NCBI GenBank assembly: GCA_963838155.1
Contig: CAWIQE010000038.1
Span: forward strand, 43,498 to 107,497
Direction: 5' to 3'
Origin: an uncultured Alphaproteobacteria bacterium
GTDB lineage: Bacteria; Pseudomonadota; Alphaproteobacteria; Rhizobiales; Rhizobiaceae
Length of the DNA: 64,000 nt
The position numbers and the translations under genes were made by a program. Of this stretch, positions 58,379 through 64,000 are shown piece after piece. Under the pieces are notes generated by a model. That model did not search any database. It worked only from the letters and a program-made list of their open reading frames with translations, and was not told the DNA's origin. Every line of letters begins with the position of its first letter. The first letter of the stretch is position 1.

Positions 58379-59323
58379 ATGTGCGCCAGGTGCGACTACA
58401 CGATCCATGACCGCCACCGCCATTTCGGCTGGGACAACGCGATCGAGCCGGTCGCGCGCGTGACGCCGGGAACGACCGTCGAGTTCGAATGCGTCGACGC
58501 CTCGAACGGGCGGCTCCTGCCCGATGCGACGGCGGCCGACATCGCCGGACTTCCCGCCGACGAGGTCAACCCGGTCACCGGCCCGGTCTTCGTCGAGGGC
58601 GCCGAACCGGGCGACGCCCTCAAGGTCACCATCGAGGAGTTCAGGCCCTCCGGCATCGGCTGGACGGCGAACATTCCCGGTTTCGGCCTGCTGGCAGACG
58701 ATTTCAGGGAGCCCGCGCTCCACATCTGGACCTACGACAGGACCGCCGCGGAGCCGGCGCTCTTCGGCGACCGCGCCCGCGTCCCGCTCAAGCCCTTCGC
58801 CGGCACCCTCGGCAACGCCCTCGCCCAAAAAGGCACCCATTCCGTCCTCCCGCCGCGTCGCGTCGGCGGCAATCTCGACATCCGCGACCTCTCCGCCGGC
58901 ACCGTCCTCTACCTGCCGGTCGAGGTGGAGGGCGCGCTCTTCTCCGTCGGCGACACCCACGCCGCGCAGGGCGACGGCGAGGTCTGCGGCACGGCGATCG
59001 AGAGCCCGATGACCGCGGTACTCACCTTCGAGGTGGAAAGGCAGGCCCGCCTGGCGATGCCGCGCTTCACCACGCCCGGCCCCGTCGCCCGCCATCTCGA
59101 CGGCAAGGGCTACGAGGTGACGACGGGCGTCGGCTCGGACCTGATGGACGGCGCCCGCGCCGCCGTCTCCGGGATGATCGAGCTCCTCGCCCGGCGCCAC
59201 GGCATGTCCGCGATCGAGGCCTACATGCTCTGCTCCGTCTGCGGCGACCTGAAGGTCAGCGAGATCGTCGACGCGCCGAACTGGGTGGTCTCGTTCTATT
59301 TCCCGCGCTGCGTCTTCGACTGA
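58379..59323 (+). CDS. acetamidase/formamidase family protein
   Basis: ATG 58379 after AAGGAAG. NPVTGPVFVEGAEPGD, GGNLDIRDL and GDTHAAQGDGEVCGTAIE motifs. Confidence 0.85.
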   Translation: MCARCDYTIHDRHRHFGWDNAIEPVARVTPGTTVEFECVDASNGRLLPDATAADIAGLPADEVNPVTGPVFVEGAEPGDALKVTIEEFRPSGIGWTANIPGFGLLADDFREPALHIWTYDRTAAEPALFGDRARVPLKPFAGTLGNALAQKGTHSVLPPRRVGGNLDIRDLSAGTVLYLPVEVEGALFSVGDTHAAQGDGEVCGTAIESPMTAVLTFEVERQARLAMPRFTTPGPVARHLDGKGYEVTTGVGSDLMDGARAAVSGMIELLARRHGMSAIEAYMLCSVCGDLKVSEIVDAPNWVVSFYFPRCVFD

Positions 59324-59381
59324 CCCGCCAGCCCCGGCACGCGGAAGTTGACAGCTGTCAACTTTTCGCCCCACCCACACC

Positions 59382-61055
59382 TCAGACGGCCTTCAGCCGC
59401 GACCCCGAGAGTAGCCCCTGCGCCTCCAGCACCGGATAGGCGATCGTGGCGAGCAGCGAGTTGATCTGCTTCAGGTCGCGGATCGTGTCGAGATGGATCG
59501 AACTCGTCTCGACGCTCTTCTCGGTGCCCTGGCGCAGCCGCTCGAAGTGGCGGCGCCCGGTTTCCTTCTCCACCGCCCGCAGCCGGTCCTTCTCGTGGAC
59601 GAGCTGGCGCGCCGTCTCCGCGTCGCCGGTCACCAGGAGGTTGAAGGCGAGCCGGGCATTGGCGAGCACCGACGCGTGGAAGTCGGAAAGCTCGGCCCAG
59701 CCCTCCTCGGTGAAATCCACCTTGCGGTCCATCTTCTTCTGGACGTGGGCGACGAGGTTCCGGGTGATGATGTCGCCGACCTGTTCGAGCTTCACGCAGG
59801 CGCCGAGCAGGTCCTGGCAGCGCCGCGCCTCGTCCGGCGACATCTCGGTCTCGGCGATGCGGGCCAGATAGAGCTTGATGTCCGCGTGGCGCCGGTCGAC
59901 CTTGTCGTCGAGGGCGGCCAGCGCGTCGATCTTCCCCTGGTCGGCCTTTTCGTAGAGGTCGATGACCCGCGCGAGCATCACCTCGATGGTCTCGCACATC
60001 CGCACGGCCTCCCGGGTGACGTTGGCGAGCGCCTGGGCCGGCCGGTCCAGCGCGCCGGCATAGAGGACGCTGGTTTCCTCGATGTCGGCGGGCGCGTCCA
60101 CCACCGGCTTGACCGGCGGCGTCTGCATGGCGACCACGGCCTCGGTCGCCTTGAGCACCATCCCGGACATCGGGATGCCCGCGAGGAGAATGAGCACGTT
60201 GAAGAGAATGTGCGCGTGGATGATCTGGTCCCCCGGGTTCGCGCCGAGGAAGGCGACGGAGGGCTGCGCGATCATGAAGGCGACGAGCACGACCACCGAC
60301 CCGGCCCCGCGCATCAGCAAATTGCCGAGCGGCACGATCCGGTAGGACGGCTCGGCCGATCGCGTCAGGATCGGCGCGATGAACGAGGAGCCGAGATTGA
60401 CCCCGAGCACCATGACGACGCCCAGTTCCGGACCGATCACCCCCTGCCCGGCGAGCGCGACGAGGAGCAGCACCGCCGCGATCGAGGAATGGAAGAGATA
60501 GGTCATCAGGGCGGCCACCAGGAAGGCCGTGATCGGATCGCCCGACAGGTAGCGCACGATCACCGGAAGGAGCGAGCTCTGGCGCAGCGGCTCCGACGCC
60601 TGGCCCATGAGCTCCAGCGACAGGATCAAGAGGCCGATGCCGACGAGGATGCGCCCCGCCTGCCGCCACTGCCGCCGCTCGGTCGCGCGGAACATCACCG
60701 TCCCCGCCAGCAGGCAGACCGGCACGAGCAGCGTCAGGTCGAAGCTCAGGAGCTTGACGAGCAGCGCCGAGCCGACCTCGGCCCCCCGCACCGCGAGAAT
60801 GCCCGACAGGCCCGTGACGATGTCCATGCCGGCAAAGGAGCCGACGAGCAGGGTCACCGCCGTCGAGCTCTGCAGCGCGATCGCGAGCACCAGCCCGGTC
60901 GCGGCCGCCAGCAGGGGATTGTCCATCGTCCGGCGCAGCTTGCGCCTGAGCACGTTGCCGTAGGCGCGCTCCACCCCGGTGCGCACCATGCGCGTGGCCC
61001 ACAACAGCAGCGCCACCGCGCCCGCCATGTGAAGGAGCACGACGGAACCGCTCAT
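59382..61055 (-). CDS. Na/Pi cotransporter family protein with C-terminal PhoU-like repeats
   Basis: ATG 61055 (MSGSVVLLHMAGAVALLLWATRMVRTGVERAYG...). 557 aa. Membrane domain plus a PhoU-type helical domain. Confidence 0.85.
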   Translation of the reverse strand: MSGSVVLLHMAGAVALLLWATRMVRTGVERAYGNVLRRKLRRTMDNPLLAAATGLVLAIALQSSTAVTLLVGSFAGMDIVTGLSGILAVRGAEVGSALLVKLLSFDLTLLVPVCLLAGTVMFRATERRQWRQAGRILVGIGLLILSLELMGQASEPLRQSSLLPVIVRYLSGDPITAFLVAALMTYLFHSSIAAVLLLVALAGQGVIGPELGVVMVLGVNLGSSFIAPILTRSAEPSYRIVPLGNLLMRGAGSVVVLVAFMIAQPSVAFLGANPGDQIIHAHILFNVLILLAGIPMSGMVLKATEAVVAMQTPPVKPVVDAPADIEETSVLYAGALDRPAQALANVTREAVRMCETIEVMLARVIDLYEKADQGKIDALAALDDKVDRRHADIKLYLARIAETEMSPDEARRCQDLLGACVKLEQVGDIITRNLVAHVQKKMDRKVDFTEEGWAELSDFHASVLANARLAFNLLVTGDAETARQLVHEKDRLRAVEKETGRRHFERLRQGTEKSVETSSIHLDTIRDLKQINSLLATIAYPVLEAQGLLSGSRLKAV

Positions 61056-61414
61056 GGGCCGACGGGGCCTGTGCCCGGAGTTATGAAGCTTTTCATCGAC
61101 AGTCGTCCATCGAGGTGCGGGCATGCGAAGCACCCGCGGATCGCAGCCATTTTTCTTCCATATGAGGGAAAAGACAACGCATGTCATGCGTTCCGTCGAT
61201 AAAAGAACGGGAAGCCGGCCGCCCCGCGGCCGGAATCGGCCGTTTTCACCAGGCGGCGGCAGTCAGATGGGCCGGATGCCGCGTCCGCAAGGTCTCGCAA
61301 AACTGTTGCATTTCGATCAGTATGAGGCGAATTCGCCCGCCATGCGTTATGGAGCCGGGCGGCGGGCGGCAGGCCGCCGAACTTTTGTCGCTCTTGAGGA
61401 GTTCGTCTAGCACG

Positions 61415-63742
61415 ATGTCCGACATTTTCACCGTGACAGCCTCAGTCGTGGCACTCGGCGCCTCGCTCGTATCCGGGCCGCTCGGCCCGATCGACGCCCG
61501 CCCGGCGCTGGATCTCCACGGTTCCGCGAACAGCGGCGTCGTGGCGGTCGCCTATCGCGACGGCGAGCTGGCCGGAACCATCGGCAAGGAATCGAACAAG
61601 GCCGCCTATGGCGATTTCCCGCCGCTCTTCTTCAAGGGCCTCGAATCCGCCGAGGACGCCTCGTTCTCCAAGCACATGGGGGTCGATCCGGCCGGCATCG
61701 CCCGCGCCGGCATCGACCTGGTGCGCTCCGCCGCGTCCGGCGCGGCCCCGGGCGTCGGCGGCTCGACGCTGACGCAGCAGCTCGCCAAGAACGTCGTCAC
61801 GGGATCGAGCCGCAGCATTTCCCGCAAGCTGGCGGACATGGTCTCGGCCGTGGAGACGGAAAGCGTCGCGAGCAAGAAGGAGATTCTCGAAAGCTACGCG
61901 AACGCCGTCTATTTCGGCCGCGGGTCCCACGGCGCGAAGGATGCGGCGGAGAACTGGTTCGGAAAGCCCTGGGACAAGCTCGACCTCGGCGAGATCGCCT
62001 TCCTCGCCGGCGTCGTGCAGGCGCCGTCCGCGCTCGATCCGCTGAAGCATCCCGACGCGGCCAGGAACCGGCGCGACTATGTCCTCGACCGCATGGCCGC
62101 CGACGGCGTCGTCACCGAGAAGGAGGCCGAGGCGGCGAAGGCCGGCCCGCTCGACGTCGTCCGCCCGAAACAGGTGGCCGTCGCCGCCGCCGCTCCCTTG
62201 CCCGACCCGGACTTCTGGGCGCTCTCCTACGCCCGCCGGCAGCTTGGCGCCCGCTCCGCCGGCGAGACGTCCACATCGCCCGTGGGCGGCGAGCAGGCGA
62301 TGGTCCTGTCCATTTCCGGCACCGCGCAGGCGATCGTCGAGCGCGATCTCGCGGACGGGCTGAAGAAATACCAGGCCGCCGTGGGCGACGCGCCGCTCGG
62401 CTCGGTGTTCGACCGGAACGTGGAGGATTTGTCCGACCCGGCCACGGTCGCCGACGCCGCCCAGGCGATCGCCCCGAGCCTGCCCGAAGGCGCCGTCCGG
62501 GTCGTCGTCGGCAAGGCCGCCTCCGGCGGCCTCTCCCTGATGGCGGCCGAGGACGGACAGCCCGGCGACAACGCGGCGCTGAAGGGCATCGCGGTGCCGA
62601 AAGGCGCCGAAGCCGGCGACGTCTACGTCCTCCTGCCCGGGGCGAAGAGGCTCGACGGCCGCCCCCGCGTGCAGGGCGCCGCCGTCGCCATCGAGCTGTC
62701 GAGCGGCAAGGTCCTCGCATCCATCGGCGGCGTGCGCGACTGGGCGAGCCAGTTCGACCGCACCCAGGCCGCGCGCCAGCCCGGCTCGTCGGTCAAGCCG
62801 TTCCTCTACCTGGCGGCGCTGGAACAGGGCTACATGCCGACCGACATGATCAGCGACGCCCCCGTCTCGATGAACGTCGACGGCATGGACGGCCAGAACG
62901 TCTGGTCGCCGGACAATTACGGCGGCGAGGGAACCGGCGGATACGTGCCGCTCTTCGTCGGCCTGGAAAAGAGCCTGAACCGGGTTGCCGCCCGTCTCGT
63001 CATGCAGATCGGCTCCCGCCCCTTCCAGAGCGTGCTGGGCCTCGCCGGCGCCTATCCGCAGAACGACGACCGGCTGCTCCTGCCGTCCGCCGCGCTCGGA
63101 ACGGTGGAGACGACGCCCGAGCGCATGGCGCGCGCCGTGGCCGCGCTCGACCCGCAAAGGTCGACCATCGCCGACCCGACGGCGCTCCGGGACCTGGAAC
63201 GGATGATGCGCGGCGTCGTGGTCCGCGGCACGGCGGCCGGCGCGTTCCGCAACGGCCCGGACGGCGTCGTCGGCAAGACCGGAACCTCCCAGCAGGACCG
63301 GGACGCATGGTTCATCGGCCGGACCGGCGACATCGCCCTCGCCGTCTGGGTCGGCCGCGACGACGACCAGCCGCTGCCGGTCCTCGGCGGCCGCGCCGCG
63401 ACGGGCGGCGCCGTCGCCGCACCCATCTTCGCCGGCATCGTGCGCGACCTGCGCAAGGCGAAACTGTCGACCGCGAAGATCGACGTCGCCCCCTTCCCGA
63501 AGGACATGGTCGACGATCCCTATGGCGGCCCCTATGGCGGCTACGACGGCTATTCCGCCGACGCCGGCGGCTGGGGCCCGCCCCCCTCGCCGGACTGGTA
63601 TCCCCCCGCGCCCGACGACGGCGGCTACGGCCCCCCGCCCGGCGGCGGGCATTTCGACGGAAACGGCGGCCTCGAGCCCTGGCCGCCGCCCCGCGGCGGA
63701 TCGCGGCGGTCGCACCTGGTCGACGGGGCGGGACTGTATTGA
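61415..63742 (+). CDS. class A penicillin-binding protein (transglycosylase + transpeptidase) with a Pro/Gly/Tyr-rich tail
   Basis: ATG 61415. GT51 motifs EDASFSKHMGVD and GGSTLTQQLAKN. Transpeptidase motifs QPGSSVKPF and KTGTS. Confidence 0.85.
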   Translation: MSDIFTVTASVVALGASLVSGPLGPIDARPALDLHGSANSGVVAVAYRDGELAGTIGKESNKAAYGDFPPLFFKGLESAEDASFSKHMGVDPAGIARAGIDLVRSAASGAAPGVGGSTLTQQLAKNVVTGSSRSISRKLADMVSAVETESVASKKEILESYANAVYFGRGSHGAKDAAENWFGKPWDKLDLGEIAFLAGVVQAPSALDPLKHPDAARNRRDYVLDRMAADGVVTEKEAEAAKAGPLDVVRPKQVAVAAAAPLPDPDFWALSYARRQLGARSAGETSTSPVGGEQAMVLSISGTAQAIVERDLADGLKKYQAAVGDAPLGSVFDRNVEDLSDPATVADAAQAIAPSLPEGAVRVVVGKAASGGLSLMAAEDGQPGDNAALKGIAVPKGAEAGDVYVLLPGAKRLDGRPRVQGAAVAIELSSGKVLASIGGVRDWASQFDRTQAARQPGSSVKPFLYLAALEQGYMPTDMISDAPVSMNVDGMDGQNVWSPDNYGGEGTGGYVPLFVGLEKSLNRVAARLVMQIGSRPFQSVLGLAGAYPQNDDRLLLPSAALGTVETTPERMARAVAALDPQRSTIADPTALRDLERMMRGVVVRGTAAGAFRNGPDGVVGKTGTSQQDRDAWFIGRTGDIALAVWVGRDDDQPLPVLGGRAATGGAVAAPIFAGIVRDLRKAKLSTAKIDVAPFPKDMVDDPYGGPYGGYDGYSADAGGWGPPPSPDWYPPAPDDGGYGPPPGGGHFDGNGGLEPWPPPRGGSRRSHLVDGAGLY

Positions 63743-64000
63743 TGACCGGATCCCACCCGCTGCGGCCCGCGGTTCTTCTCGCCGCCGCAGCGATCCTCGC
63801 CGCACACCTGGCGCAGGCGCAGGCGCAGGCGCAGAAGCATCCCTCCCCCTCCGTGACGATCCTCGAGGATCCGGCGACGGCGGCCTTCAGGAAGGCGCTG
63901 AACACGCTCTCCCCGGCGCTCGCCGCCGCCACGCGCTGGCAGACGACGGGGAAGGACGACGCGGGCGCGCTCACCGCAAGCTCCGTGACGATCGATCTGC
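63742..64000 (+). CDS. secreted hypothetical protein, 5' partial at window end
   Basis: ATG 63742 overlaps the PBP stop (TGATG). Signal-like MTGSHPLRPAVLLAAAAILAAHLAQAQAQAQ. The frame stays open to position 64000. Confidence 0.45.
   Translation, partial: MTGSHPLRPAVLLAAAAILAAHLAQAQAQAQKHPSPSVTILEDPATAAFRKALNTLSPALAAATRWQTTGKDDAGALTASSVTIDL

Noticed and set aside
61056-61414. A 360-nt intergenic region with small hairpins (AACGCAT-N3-ATGCGTT at about 61167-61183; CCGGCCGC-N3-GCGGCCGG at about 61215-61233) and a 95-aa ORF (61123..61410), considered as an sRNA or small gene
   Set aside because: The ORF is R/G-rich with no RBS. The hairpins are short and lack U-tracts. Nothing beyond a divergent promoter region can be supported without expression data.

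Overview
Visibly high-GC alphaproteobacterial (Rhizobiales/Hyphomicrobiales-like) chromosomal DNA, densely coding, with about 57 protein genes. No rRNA, tRNA, CRISPR array, transposase or integrase was seen. The left part holds housekeeping genes: lgt, pgeF, prs and a CIRCE-controlled groES-groEL. The middle holds catabolic and transport islets: an FAH hydrolase/SDR/DapA-like/2-hydroxyacid dehydrogenase cluster with a GntR regulator and an ABC importer that lacks an ATPase, and a TRAP transporter with a GntR regulator and an orphan tcuB. From about 39.3 to 57.3 kb lies a large erythritol-type polyol supercluster. It reads eryR-tpiB-rpiB, then a second kinase/GlpD-like pair, then eryABC, then eryD-DUF2291-ABC importer. 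It sits divergent to transketolase and transaldolase. The strangest locus is at 26.6-28.5 kb. It encodes a secreted, extremely histidine-rich tandem-repeat protein whose His-rich reading passes through all three frames. That gene is divergent, across an AT-rich promoter region, from a frameshifted LapG-like (BTLCP) cysteine peptidase. Other notable items are a hairpin intergenic repeat family with arm covariation at five or more loci, a duplicated 60-nt promoter/operator block upstream of eryA and eryD, a shared GntR-type operator pair, a RibBX-type riboflavin gene, and a frame break in an MscS-type channel gene. All calls come from reading the sequence and ORF track and from motif recognition; no database search was run.
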